In this document: positions 9,755 to 19,151 of the stretch, one piece after another | How positions within the stretch are numbered: the stretch's first letter is position 1 | Layout of the letters: the number at the start of each line of letters is the position of its first letter | Source of the DNA: Candidatus Methylomirabilia bacterium | GTDB taxonomy: Bacteria > Methylomirabilota > Methylomirabilia > Rokubacteriales > CSP1-6 | Assembly (NCBI GenBank): GCA_041497895.1 | Contig: JBGQHJ010000009.1 | Coordinates: 1-61,963 of the forward strand | Length of the DNA: 61,963 nt | Reading direction: 5' to 3' | Translations under genes and position numbers: made by a program | Notes under the pieces: model-generated | The model's database searches: none | What the model was told of the DNA's origin: nothing | What the model saw: only the letters and a program-made list of their open reading frames with translations

Positions 9755-10774
9755 ATGACCGGGCGCCAGGTGCTCGCGTGGCTCGCCGGCGGCGCGGTGG
9801 TGGTGATCGCGTGGCTCGCGCACCCGTTCGCCACCGGCCTCCTGCTGGGCGCGCTGATGGGCTTCACCCTGCAGCCGGTCCACGCGCGGCTGGCCAGGTG
9901 GTGCGGGCGTCCCACGCTGGCGTCGGTCGCCATCGTGGTGGCCGCCGGGCTCGCCATCGTGGGCAGCGTGGTGGCCTTCGTCTCGGTCTTCGTCACCCAG
10001 GCGGTGGCCTTTACCACCGTGGTGCGCGAGGAGCTCAAGCCGGGCGGCGCCCTGGCCGCGTGGGTGAGCACGCTGACCGGCTGGCTCGCCCTCATCGGGA
10101 TCTCTCCCGACGCCATCGTGGAGCGGCTGCGCGCCGCGGCGGGCGACATCGCGAGCGGATCGGCCGCGGTCGCCGGGACGGTTGCCTCGGTCACGGTGGG
10201 GAGCCTGCTCGGCCTCTTCTTCGCCCTGCTCACCATGCACGTGATCCTGCGGCACTGGGCCCGCATCATCGCGACGGTCGCCGAGGTCTCGCCGCTCCGC
10301 CGCGAGGACACCCGCGCTTTGCTGGAGGAGTTCCGCGCCGTCGGGCGTACCACGCTCTCCGGCACCGTGCTCACCGGGGTGACCCAGGGCGCGCTCGCCG
10401 CGATCGGGTTCTGGGTGACCGGGGTGCCCCAGCCGCTCTTTCTGGGCATCGCCACCGCCATCGCCTCGCTGCTGCCCGCGATCGGCACGCTCCTGGTCTG
10501 GGTGCCCGCTGGCCTCTACCTCCTGGCCATCGGGGCCCCGGGCGCCGGGGTCGTGGAGCTCGGGTGGGGCGCGCTCGTGGTCGTCGGCTTCAGCGACTAC
10601 GTGATCCGCCCGCGGCTGGTGGGCGACGAGGGCATGCCCGCGATCCTGACCTTCCTCGCGCTGTTCGGTGGCCTCGAGGTGCTGGGGCTGTCCGGGCTGA
10701 TCGCGGGGCCGGTGCTCATGGCCCTGGCGGTGGCGGTGCTGCGCCTGTACGCGCGGGAGGCGCGGACGGGATAG
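9755..10774 (+). CDS. AI-2E family (PerM/UPF0118) transporter
   Basis: Hydrophobic protein with 'SLLPAIGTLLVWVP', 'DYVIRPRLVG' and 'GLIAGPV'. Confidence 0.85.
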   Translation: MTGRQVLAWLAGGAVVVIAWLAHPFATGLLLGALMGFTLQPVHARLARWCGRPTLASVAIVVAAGLAIVGSVVAFVSVFVTQAVAFTTVVREELKPGGALAAWVSTLTGWLALIGISPDAIVERLRAAAGDIASGSAAVAGTVASVTVGSLLGLFFALLTMHVILRHWARIIATVAEVSPLRREDTRALLEEFRAVGRTTLSGTVLTGVTQGALAAIGFWVTGVPQPLFLGIATAIASLLPAIGTLLVWVPAGLYLLAIGAPGAGVVELGWGALVVVGFSDYVIRPRLVGDEGMPAILTFLALFGGLEVLGLSGLIAGPVLMALAVAVLRLYAREARTG

Positions 10775-10777
10775 GCG

Positions 10778-11032
10778 CTAGCTGCGCGCGGCGATCTCCG
10801 CGTCGAGCAGCTCGCGGAGCTGCCGCAGGTCCTCGAGGTCGAAGTTCTTCAGCTGGTCCTCCACGAGCACCTCGATCGCGCCCTGGACCACGAGCCGCTG
10901 GTGGACCGCCTTGAAGAGATCGCCCAGCCACTCGCCCTGCTTCTTGGCGTTGGCGTCGAGCTGGATCTTGCCGGACTGGATCAACGCGACGACGATGTCC
11001 CGGGCCATCTCCGACACGCTCGCTCCGGCCAT
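10778..11032 (-). CDS. Small hypothetical protein (84 aa)
   Basis: GGAGG RBS before MAGASVSEMARDIV; host-like codon usage; probably helical. No family recognised. Confidence 0.65.
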   Translation of the reverse strand: MAGASVSEMARDIVVALIQSGKIQLDANAKKQGEWLGDLFKAVHQRLVVQGAIEVLVEDQLKNFDLEDLRQLRELLDAEIAARS

Positions 11033-11131
11033 GTCCCCTCCCTGTGGCTCGCCTGCGGGATATCGGTGGCTCATGCTCTCCGAGCCTACCAAGGTCCGGC
11101 GACACCGGCAACGCGCCGCCGGCGTCGAGGA

Positions 11132-12337
11132 TCAGAGCGCGCGCAGCCGGGGATAGAAGAAGACGGTGGCGGAGGCGAGCGCCACCAGGGCGAGGCCGCT
11201 CACCCCGAGCGCCGCGCTCACCCCGAGCAGCGAGGCGAGCGCGCCGATCTGGATCTGGCCGAGCGGGGCGAAGCCGATGGCCACCACCCAGGCGCCGCCC
11301 GCGCGCCCGCGCAGGTGATGGGGCACGCTCAGCTGGAGCAGGCTCTGGGCGAGGAGGTCGGCGAGGGCCCCGGCCGCGTTGGCCGCCACCACCACGACCA
11401 TCACCCCGGTGAAGCCCACCACATAGGGGGCGCCGCCCAGCGCCACCAGGCTCACCCCGAAGGCCACCAGCACGCCCACGAATACCGCGCCGCCGCCACC
11501 GAGGAGACCGCGCATGGAGACGACCAGGCCCAGCATGCCGCCCACCGCACGCGCCGCGCTCATCGCGCCCAGTCCCTCGGGCCCGGTGTGGAGCACGTCG
11601 CGCGACAGGCTCGGCAGGAGCGCCTGGTGCGCGAAGCCCAGGACCTCCGCGCCGGCGGTGAGCAGCATCAGCACCAGCAGCATGCGGTCCTCGCGCACCG
11701 CGGTCACGAAGCCGGTGACGCCGCGCCAGATCGAGTCGGGCGCGCCGGTCGCGACCGGGGCGAGCGCGCGAGCCGGGAGCAGAGCCAGGCCACCCAGCAG
11801 GTAGGCGACCGCGACCGCGAGATAGGCTTCGCCCGAGCCCCGGTGCGCGATGATCGCGCCGACCCCGAGCGAGCCCACCAGCCAGCCCGCGCGCATGGCC
11901 AGGCCCAGGATCGCGAGGCCGTCGACGAGGGCGGACGCGCCCACCACGTCGTGCGCGTAGCTCTGCCGCGCCGCGTGCTCGACGCCGCGGAGGGCGCCGG
12001 CCACGAAGGTCAGGAGCAGGAGCTGGGCGAGGGTGACGACCCCGAGCAGGGTCAGCGTGCCCATGGCCGCCGCGGTCAGGGCCTGGACGGCCCCGGTGAT
12101 CAGGAGCAGCCGCGGGCGGGCCACGCGGTCGGCGAGCACGCCCGCCGGCACGCCCACGAAGACGAGCGGCAGCATGCGGGAGCCGAGCGCGGCGCCGACC
12201 AGGAACGGCGAGTTCGTCAGCTCGAGCGCGAGCCAGCCGAGCACCACCATCTCGCCCATCATGCCGACCGAGTTGAAGAGGGTGCCGGCACCGAGGCAGC
12301 GAAGGTCGCGAAGCCGGAGCAGCGCGGAGGCGGTCAC
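11132..12337 (-). CDS. MFS transporter
   Basis: 'GVLADRVARPR' motif A and about 12 hydrophobic segments; GTGA overlap with the upstream MFS gene. Confidence 0.85.
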   Translation of the reverse strand: MTASALLRLRDLRCLGAGTLFNSVGMMGEMVVLGWLALELTNSPFLVGAALGSRMLPLVFVGVPAGVLADRVARPRLLLITGAVQALTAAAMGTLTLLGVVTLAQLLLLTFVAGALRGVEHAARQSYAHDVVGASALVDGLAILGLAMRAGWLVGSLGVGAIIAHRGSGEAYLAVAVAYLLGGLALLPARALAPVATGAPDSIWRGVTGFVTAVREDRMLLVLMLLTAGAEVLGFAHQALLPSLSRDVLHTGPEGLGAMSAARAVGGMLGLVVSMRGLLGGGGAVFVGVLVAFGVSLVALGGAPYVVGFTGVMVVVVAANAAGALADLLAQSLLQLSVPHHLRGRAGGAWVVAIGFAPLGQIQIGALASLLGVSAALGVSGLALVALASATVFFYPRLRAL

Positions 12338-13584
12338 CCGCTGGCGGGGGCGAGCGCGGGCCGGCGCAGGAGGGCGACGGCGAGCGGGCCCAGCACGAGC
12401 AGCGCGCCCACCGCGTTCAGGATCGCGAAGCCCCAGAGCCCGAGGATCATCCCGCCCGCCGCCGAGCCGATGGCGCCCATGAGGCCCATGAAGAGATCGG
12501 CCAGGCCCTGCACCGAGGCGCGCTCCGCCGGAGAGAGCGCGTCGGTGAGGAGCGCGCTGCCGGCCACGAAGGCGAGGTTCCAGCCGACTCCGTTGAGGAA
12601 CAGGCCCGCGATGATCGTGGCGCCGGCCTCGCCGGGAGCGAGGCCGGCCAGGGCGACCGCGGAGATCAGCATGAGGGCGCCGGCCGCGATCACCGGCATG
12701 CGGCCGAAACGGTCGGCGAGCCAGCCCGAGAGCGGCGAGGCCACGTACATGCCGGCCAGGTGGAGCGAGACCGCGATCCCGATGGTCCCGACGGTGTGCC
12801 CCTGGTCGTGCAGGTAGAGCGGCGAGGTCGAGGTGGTGCTGATCATCACGAACTGGCTGATCGACAGCGTGGCCAGCGCGATCTGCACGCGCACGTCGGT
12901 CAGGATGGCGCCGAGCGAGCGGGCGACGCCGGCGGGCCGGCCCGCGTCCGCCTCCGCGCGGCGGGCGAGCGCGAGCGGATCGGGCCGCAGGAACAGGAAG
13001 GTGAGCGCCGCGGCGACCCCGTAGCCGGCCACGCTCACCAGGAACGGGCTCGCGGTGGCCGGGATGTGGAGGCGCACGCCCAGGGAGAGCGCGGGCGCCA
13101 TGAGGTTCGGCCCGATGATCGAGCCGAGCGCGGAGCCACCCACGATGAGGCCCATCGCGCGGCCACGCTGCTCGGGCCGGCTCACGTCGGCGGCGGCGTA
13201 GCGCGCGAGCAGGTTCGAGGTGGACGCGATGCCGAAGAGCGCCATGCCGAAGAGCATCAGGGGGAAGCTCCTCACCGCCACGCCCAGGAGCCCCAGCACC
13301 GCGCCCACCACCGCGAGCCCGTAGCCGAGCGCGAGGCCGGGCCGTCGGCCCGCGCGGTCCATGAGGCGCGCGAGCGGCCAGCTCGCGAGCGCGGTCCCGA
13401 GCGCGCCCACCGCGATCGGCACGCCGGACCAGGTATTGGTGCCGGTGATGCTGGCCGCCATGATGCTGCCGACGGCCAGGCTGATCGAGTGGCCGGTGCT
13501 GCCGCAGACCTGAGCCACGAACAGCGTGGTCATCAGCTTCCCGCGGGTCGATCCGCGGCGTGACGTCGTCGTCAGGGCGTGCAT
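12334..13584 (-). CDS. MFS transporter
   Basis: 'LMDRAGRRPG' and 'GWLADRFGR' motif A. Start uncertain (13584 or 13533). Confidence 0.85.
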   Translation of the reverse strand: MHALTTTSRRGSTRGKLMTTLFVAQVCGSTGHSISLAVGSIMAASITGTNTWSGVPIAVGALGTALASWPLARLMDRAGRRPGLALGYGLAVVGAVLGLLGVAVRSFPLMLFGMALFGIASTSNLLARYAAADVSRPEQRGRAMGLIVGGSALGSIIGPNLMAPALSLGVRLHIPATASPFLVSVAGYGVAAALTFLFLRPDPLALARRAEADAGRPAGVARSLGAILTDVRVQIALATLSISQFVMISTTSTSPLYLHDQGHTVGTIGIAVSLHLAGMYVASPLSGWLADRFGRMPVIAAGALMLISAVALAGLAPGEAGATIIAGLFLNGVGWNLAFVAGSALLTDALSPAERASVQGLADLFMGLMGAIGSAAGGMILGLWGFAILNAVGALLVLGPLAVALLRRPALAPASG

Positions 13585-13604
13585 GAGCGAATGAGCCGGG
13601 AAGA

Positions 13605-13646
13605 ATCGTACCACGCGCGCGCCGCGCGGCCCGATTCTGGTACCAT
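13605..13646. promoter_or_regulatory. Back-to-back extended -10 promoters (TGgTACGAT on minus, TGgTACCAT on plus)
   Basis: Minus box at 13605-13613 and plus box at 13638-13646. The plus box is 6 nt from ATG 13653, which suggests a leaderless mRNA. Confidence 0.55.
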
Positions 13647-13652
13647 GCCACG

Positions 13653-14801
13653 ATGCGCGTGAGTCGCGTGACCCCGTTTCTCGCCGACCTGGGCGGCGGG
13701 AAGAACCTCTGCTTCGTGAAGGTCGAGACCGCCGGCGGCCCGCACGGCTGGGGCGAGTGCTACACCCAGGCCGATCGCGACACCAGCATCGTGGCCCTCG
13801 TGGAAGCGATCGGCCGCTACCTGGTCGGCCGCGACGCCTCCCACATCACCCACTTCGTGCACTGGGCCTATCACGACTGGGCCGCCAAGCGCGGGGCGAT
13901 GGACTTCTGGAGCGCGGTGAGCGGGCTCGAGCAGGCGCTGTGGGACATCGCGGGCAAGCGCTACGGGGTGCCGGTGCACGCGCTGCTGGGCGGGCCGTGC
14001 CGGGAGCGGGTGCGGGTCTACGCCAACGGCTGGTACGGCGGCGCCAAGGCGCCCGCGGACTACGCGGCGCGGGCGCGGGAGACGGTGGCCCGCGGCTTCG
14101 GCGCGCTCAAGTTCGACCCTTTCCCCGGGCCGTGGCGCACGCACGTGCCTCGCGACGTCGAGGAGAAGGCGGTCGCGACGGTGGCCGCGGTGCGGGAGGC
14201 GGTCGGCCCCGCGATCGATCTGCTGATCGAGGTGCACCGCCGCCTCGCCCCGATGCACGCGGTCCGCGTCGCCCGCGAGCTGGAGCGCTTCCGGCCATTC
14301 TGGTACGAGGAGCCGGTGTCCTCCACCAATCTCGAGGCGCTCGCCGAGTGCCGTCGGCAGATCGCGATCCCGATCGTGACCGGCGAGGAGCTCTACACCC
14401 GCGCCGAGTTCCGGCGCTGCTTCGAGCTGCGCGCGGCCGACATCGTGAATCCGGACGTCTGCAACTGCGGCGGCATCCAGGAGCTGCGGGCGATCGCCCA
14501 GATGGCGGAGCCCTCGCTGGTGACCGTCTCGCCCCACAACTACAACTCGACGACGGTGGGGCTGGCCGCCACGGTGCACGTCTCGGCCGCCATCCCCAAC
14601 TTCCTCATCACCGAGTACTTCGTGAACTTCGAGGCCCGGGGCCGCGAGATCGCCGCCCCCGCGCTCGAGGTGCGCGACGGCTTCATCACGGTGCCCACGC
14701 GACCCGGCCTCGGCGTGGACCTGGACGAGGCCGCGCTCCGGCGCTTCCCGGCGCGCGTGCTCGCCCGCTCGATGCCCACCCCGGGCCAGGAGGAGCCATG
14801 A
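13653..14801 (+). CDS. Mandelate racemase/muconate lactonizing enzyme family, galactonate dehydratase-like
   Basis: 'EQALWDIAGK', 'KFDPF', 'IEVH', 'YEEP', 'TGEE' and 'PHN'. Confidence 0.85.
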   Translation: MRVSRVTPFLADLGGGKNLCFVKVETAGGPHGWGECYTQADRDTSIVALVEAIGRYLVGRDASHITHFVHWAYHDWAAKRGAMDFWSAVSGLEQALWDIAGKRYGVPVHALLGGPCRERVRVYANGWYGGAKAPADYAARARETVARGFGALKFDPFPGPWRTHVPRDVEEKAVATVAAVREAVGPAIDLLIEVHRRLAPMHAVRVARELERFRPFWYEEPVSSTNLEALAECRRQIAIPIVTGEELYTRAEFRRCFELRAADIVNPDVCNCGGIQELRAIAQMAEPSLVTVSPHNYNSTTVGLAATVHVSAAIPNFLITEYFVNFEARGREIAAPALEVRDGFITVPTRPGLGVDLDEAALRRFPARVLARSMPTPGQEEP

Positions 14802-16360
14802 GCGCACCTCGCCTCGACCGTCGGACGTTTCTCCGGGCGGGCCTCGCCGCGGGGGTGGCCTGCGCGGGGGCCGCCGTGCTGCCCGCCCGCGCGGCGCGCG
14901 CCGCGGTCGCCGATCTCGACTTCGCCTCCGCGCTCGAGGCGGCCTCAGCCATCCAGGCCGGCACCGTGTCCTCCGTCGAGCTGACGACCCACATGCTGGA
15001 GCGCATCGCCCGCCTCAATCCGAAGCTGAACGCGATCGTGGCGCTCTCCTCCGACGCCGCGCTCGCGCGGGCCCGCGCGGCCGACGAGGCGCGGGCGCGA
15101 CGCGAGTCGTGGGGACCGTTCCACGGCGTGCCGATCACGATCAAGGACACCTTCGAGGTGGCGGGCGTCACCACCACCGCGGGCGCGCCCGCCCTGCGCA
15201 CCCACGTGCCGACGCGCGACGCGGCGGTGGTGGCGCGGCTGCAGGGCGCCGGCGCGGTCGTCCTCGGCAAGAGCAACGTGCCGATCTTCGCCTCGGACTG
15301 GCAGAGCTACAACGCGGTGTACGGGCAGACCAACAATCCCTGGGACGTGGCCCGGACACCGGGCGGGTCCACCGGCGGCGGGGCGGCCGCCCTCGCGGCC
15401 GGGCTCAGCTATCTGGAGCCGGGCAGCGATCTGGGGGGCTCGATCCGCATCCCGGCGCACTTCTGCGGCGTCTACGGCCACAAGCCGAGCCTCGACGTGG
15501 TGCCGATGCGCGGGCACATCCCGCCGCCGCCCGGCATCGCGGCCACTCCGCCGTCCACGCTGCCGGTGGCCGGCCCGCTCGCCCGCTCCGCCGCCGACCT
15601 GCTCGCCGCGCTCGCGGTGCTGGGCGGGTCCGACGGCGACGAGGCGCGCGCGTGGCGATGGTCGCTCCCGCCCGCGCGCGGGGCGCGGCTCGGCGACTAC
15701 CGCATCGGCTACGTGCTCGACGACCCGCGCGCCCCGGTCTCGGCCGAGGAGGCCCCGGCGCTGGCGGCGGCGGTGGAGGCGCTCCGCAAGGCGGGGGCGC
15801 GGCTCGAGGAGGGCTGGCCGCCCGGGGTGAACGTGGAGGAGCAGTACGACACCTACCTCACGCTCCTCTACGCGCACTTCATGCCGCCCGCGCGGGAGGA
15901 CCAGCTGCCGGGCCTGCGCCAGCTCGCGGCCAACCAGGACGGCTCGTACCGCGCCCGCTACGCGCGGGCGGTCACCGCCTCGGACGCATATCTTCAAACC
16001 ATGGAGACGCGCCGGCGCGTGGCGCGCGGGGTCTGGCAGGCCTACTTCCGAACCCACGACGCGTTCCTGATGCCGACCGCGCTCGTGCCCGCGTTCCCGC
16101 ACGATCACTCCGGCAACGCGCTCACCCGCGTGCTGACCACCCCGGGCGGCCCGCGCCCGTACGGCGATCTCTGCTTCTGGATCTCGTTCGCCACCCTGGC
16201 CGGCCTGCCCGCGACCACCGCGCCGGTCGGCCTCACCGCGGGCGGCCTGCCGGTGGGCCTGCAGATCGTGGGCCCCTATCTCGAGGACGCCACCCCGATC
16301 GCGGTGGCCGGCCACCTGGCCGACCTGATCGGCGGCTTCAAGGCGCCGCCCGGATTCTGA
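14798..16360 (+). CDS. Tat-exported amidase (amidase-signature family)
   Basis: Twin-arginine signal 'DRRTFLRAG'; 'PITIKD', 'GGSTGG' and 'GSDLGGSIR'. Confidence 0.9.
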   Translation: MSAPRLDRRTFLRAGLAAGVACAGAAVLPARAARAAVADLDFASALEAASAIQAGTVSSVELTTHMLERIARLNPKLNAIVALSSDAALARARAADEARARRESWGPFHGVPITIKDTFEVAGVTTTAGAPALRTHVPTRDAAVVARLQGAGAVVLGKSNVPIFASDWQSYNAVYGQTNNPWDVARTPGGSTGGGAAALAAGLSYLEPGSDLGGSIRIPAHFCGVYGHKPSLDVVPMRGHIPPPPGIAATPPSTLPVAGPLARSAADLLAALAVLGGSDGDEARAWRWSLPPARGARLGDYRIGYVLDDPRAPVSAEEAPALAAAVEALRKAGARLEEGWPPGVNVEEQYDTYLTLLYAHFMPPAREDQLPGLRQLAANQDGSYRARYARAVTASDAYLQTMETRRRVARGVWQAYFRTHDAFLMPTALVPAFPHDHSGNALTRVLTTPGGPRPYGDLCFWISFATLAGLPATTAPVGLTAGGLPVGLQIVGPYLEDATPIAVAGHLADLIGGFKAPPGF

Positions 16361-16371
16361 AGGAGGTACGT

Positions 16372-17568
16372 GTGACCGACGACAACGAGTGGACGGCCCT
16401 CTGGCCGCTCGATCGCAGCGTGGCCTTTCTCAACCACGGTTCGTACGGCGCCTGCCCCGCCGAGGTGCTCCGCTACCAGGCCGCGCTGCGGGCCGAGATG
16501 GAGGCCGAGCCGGTGCGCTTCCTCGGCCGCGAGCTCGACGATCGCCTCGACGCCGCCCGCGCGCGCCTCGGGGCCTTCGTGGGCGCCGACCCCGACGATC
16601 TCGCCTTCGTCAGCAATGCCACCGGCGGCGTGAACGCGGTGCTGCGGTCGCTCCGCCTGGCCGCGGGCGACGAGCTGCTCACCACCGACCACGCCTACCA
16701 GGCCTGCCGCAACACGCTCGACTTCGTGGCCGAGCGCAGCGGGGCGCGGGTCGTCACCGTCACGCTGCCGTTCCCGGTGACCTCTCCCCAGGCGATCGTG
16801 GACACCGTGCTGGCCGGGGTCACGCCGCGCACGCGCCTGGCCCTGCTCGACCACATCACGAGCCCGACCGCCCTGATCCTGCCGCTCGGGCGCCTCGTGG
16901 CGGCGCTGGCCGCGCGCGGGATCGACGCGGTGGTGGACGGCGCGCACGCCCCCGGCATGGTGCCGCTCGACCTGCGCGCGCTCGGCGCCGCCTACTACAG
17001 CGGCAACTGCCACAAGTGGCTCTGCACGCCCAAGGGCTCCGCGTTCCTCTGGGTGCGCCGGGACCGCCAGGCCGACGTCCACCCGCTCACCATCAGCCAC
17101 GGCGCGAAGGGTGAGCGCGCGGGTCGCTCGCGCTTCCGGCTCGAGTTCGACTGGACCGGCACGCAGGATCCGACCGCGTGGCTGACCGTGCCGATGGCGA
17201 TCGACTACCTGGCCGGCCTCGTGCCCGGTGGGTGGCCGGCGCTGATGGCGCGCAACCGCGCGCTCGCGCTCGAGGCGCGCCGGCTCCTCTGCGCGGCGGT
17301 CGGGACCGAGCCCGCGTGCCCGGAGGAGATGATCGGCTCGATCGCGAGCGTGATCCTGCCCGACAACCGCACCGTGGAGACCGGCTGGCGGGTCCGCGAT
17401 CCCATCCAGGGCCGGCTCTTCGAGGCCTGGGGCATCGAGGTGCCGATCATGCGCTGGCCCGCGCCGCCCAAGCGGATGATCCGCGTCTCCGCGCAGCTCT
17501 ACAACCACCTCCCGCAGTACGCGCGGCTGGCCGAGGCCCTCCGCAAGGAGCTTGCCGCCGAGGACTGA
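16372..17568 (+). CDS. PLP-dependent class V aminotransferase-fold enzyme (isopenicillin N epimerase/C-S lyase-like)
   Basis: 'FLNHGSYG', 'DGAHAPG' and 'GNCHKWL' (PLP lysine); AAGGAGG RBS before GTG. Confidence 0.85.
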   Translation: MTDDNEWTALWPLDRSVAFLNHGSYGACPAEVLRYQAALRAEMEAEPVRFLGRELDDRLDAARARLGAFVGADPDDLAFVSNATGGVNAVLRSLRLAAGDELLTTDHAYQACRNTLDFVAERSGARVVTVTLPFPVTSPQAIVDTVLAGVTPRTRLALLDHITSPTALILPLGRLVAALAARGIDAVVDGAHAPGMVPLDLRALGAAYYSGNCHKWLCTPKGSAFLWVRRDRQADVHPLTISHGAKGERAGRSRFRLEFDWTGTQDPTAWLTVPMAIDYLAGLVPGGWPALMARNRALALEARRLLCAAVGTEPACPEEMIGSIASVILPDNRTVETGWRVRDPIQGRLFEAWGIEVPIMRWPAPPKRMIRVSAQLYNHLPQYARLAEALRKELAAED

Positions 17569-17573
17569 GGCGC

Positions 17574-17882
17574 CTACTCGGTGATCGAGCGGTAGATCTC
17601 GACCTCGGCCGCCCCTTCGGTCAGCCCTTCCTTTTCCCGCCGCTCGCGGTAGGCGGCCAGGTGCGGCGCCTTGCGGTGCAGGTCGAAGGCCGCGTCGTCC
17701 TTGTACTGCTCGTAGAAGACGAAGAGGTCGGGGTCCTTGGTGGAGCGGTGCGGGCGATAGACGAGGCAGCCCGGCTCCGCCCGGCGCACCGCCGCCACCT
17801 GCTCCTTCAGCAGCGCCGCGAGTGCGTCGCCCTTGCCCTTCGCGGCCCTGATCTTCGCCACTACCGTGAGCACGTCCGCCAT
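17574..17882 (-). CDS. Antibiotic biosynthesis monooxygenase (ABM)/quinol monooxygenase family protein
   Basis: 'EPGCLVY', 'FVFYEQY' and 'HRKAPHL'; AAAGGAG RBS; TGcTATACT box at 17914-17922. Confidence 0.85.
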   Translation of the reverse strand: MADVLTVVAKIRAAKGKGDALAALLKEQVAAVRRAEPGCLVYRPHRSTKDPDLFVFYEQYKDDAAFDLHRKAPHLAAYRERREKEGLTEGAAEVEIYRSITE

Positions 17883-17927
17883 GACTGACTCTCCTTTGTG
17901 ATGCGTTCGGCGGAGTATAGCACCGGC

Positions 17928-19151
17928 CTAGAGACGGCGAAGCCGGCGGGAGGCGAGCAGGCCGAGCGCGTTGGCGGCGACCATCAGGCCGCCCACCGCC
18001 ACCGCGAAGCGCGCGTCCACCGCGGCCGCGAGCACCCCGCCCAGCAGCCCGCCCAGCGGCAGCAGGTTCCAGCAGAGCGAGTAGAGGCTCATCACGCGCC
18101 CGCGGAGCTGATCCGGCACCGTCTGCTGGAGCTGCGTGCTCACCTGGGTGAGGTAGAACGTGTTGCTGAAGCCCACGCACGCGAGCATCGGCAGGGCCAG
18201 GCCGAGACCCGGGGCGCGCGAGAAGACCACCAGGCCCAGGCCCATCCCCGCCGCGCCCCCCAGGATGATGAGGCCGCGGCGGTGCAGGCGCGGCGTGATG
18301 GTCGCCACGATCAGGGTGCCCACCAGCGCGCCGATGCCGTGCGCGGCGTTGAGGAGCCCGTAGCCGGCGGAGCCGGTCTGGAAGTAGACGTCGGCGAAGA
18401 TCGGCAGCAGCGTGACGTAGGAGAGGCCGAACACCGCGTTGAAGAGCGCCAGGCAGATCAGGGCCGCGAAGACGAAGTTGTGGCGGACGAAGCCGAGCCC
18501 CTCGAGGAGCTGGCCCAGGACGTGCTGCTCGGTGGGCGCGGGCGCGTGGCCCTGCACGCGCAGCTGGCCGTACATGGCGAGCGCAGAGGCGGAGGCGCCG
18601 AGCGCGACGCCGAAGCCCACCGTGCCCCCGAAGGCCGCGATGAGCACGCCGGTGATCGACGGCCCGATCATGCGGCCGGCCTGCCAGGGAATCGAGCCGA
18701 GCGCGATGGCGTTCGGCAGCCGCTCGCGCCCGACCATCTGCGGCACCAGGGCCATGCGGCTCGGCTCGTCGAAGGCGCGGAAGGTGTTGGTGAGCGCGGC
18801 CAGCGCGAGCAGGTGCTCGACGCGCGCCAGCGAGAGGGCCGAGAGGACGAAGGCCGCGAGGAGGGCCGCGGTGGTGAGGGTCTGGGTGACCAGCAGCAGG
18901 CGGAGGCGGTCGACCCGGTCGGCGAGCACGCCGCCCCAGAGCTGGAACACGACGAGCGGGATGCCCTGGGCCAGGCCCAGGTAGCCCAGGTGGAGCGCGT
19001 CGTGGGTGACCTCCCAGACCATCCACGCGAACGTCAGGTACTCGGCGCGGTGCCCCAGGACGTAGAAGACGAGGCCGATCCAGTAGAAGCGATAGTTCCG
19101 CTCCCGAAGGGCGGAGAAGGTCGACGCGGTGGCGACGGGCCGGCCTCTCAG
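17928..19151 (-). CDS. MFS transporter (start codon uncertain, possibly CTG)
   Basis: 'FSALRERNYRFYW', 'GVLADRVDR' and 'QLRGRVMS'. The stretch between the upstream stop and the first TM helix has no in-frame ATG/GTG/TTG; CTG at 19151 overlaps the upstream TGA. Confidence 0.8.
   Translation of the reverse strand: MRGRPVATASTFSALRERNYRFYWIGLVFYVLGHRAEYLTFAWMVWEVTHDALHLGYLGLAQGIPLVVFQLWGGVLADRVDRLRLLLVTQTLTTAALLAAFVLSALSLARVEHLLALAALTNTFRAFDEPSRMALVPQMVGRERLPNAIALGSIPWQAGRMIGPSITGVLIAAFGGTVGFGVALGASASALAMYGQLRVQGHAPAPTEQHVLGQLLEGLGFVRHNFVFAALICLALFNAVFGLSYVTLLPIFADVYFQTGSAGYGLLNAAHGIGALVGTLIVATITPRLHRRGLIILGGAAGMGLGLVVFSRAPGLGLALPMLACVGFSNTFYLTQVSTQLQQTVPDQLRGRVMSLYSLCWNLLPLGGLLGGVLAAAVDARFAVAVGGLMVAANALGLLASRRLRRL

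Noticed and set aside
100..17882. Beta-lactam biosynthesis or resistance cluster (beta-lactamase-like, CefD-like, ABM)
   Set aside because: The genes are in separate units, no ACV synthetase, IPNS or NRPS is present, and these families are widespread with other roles.
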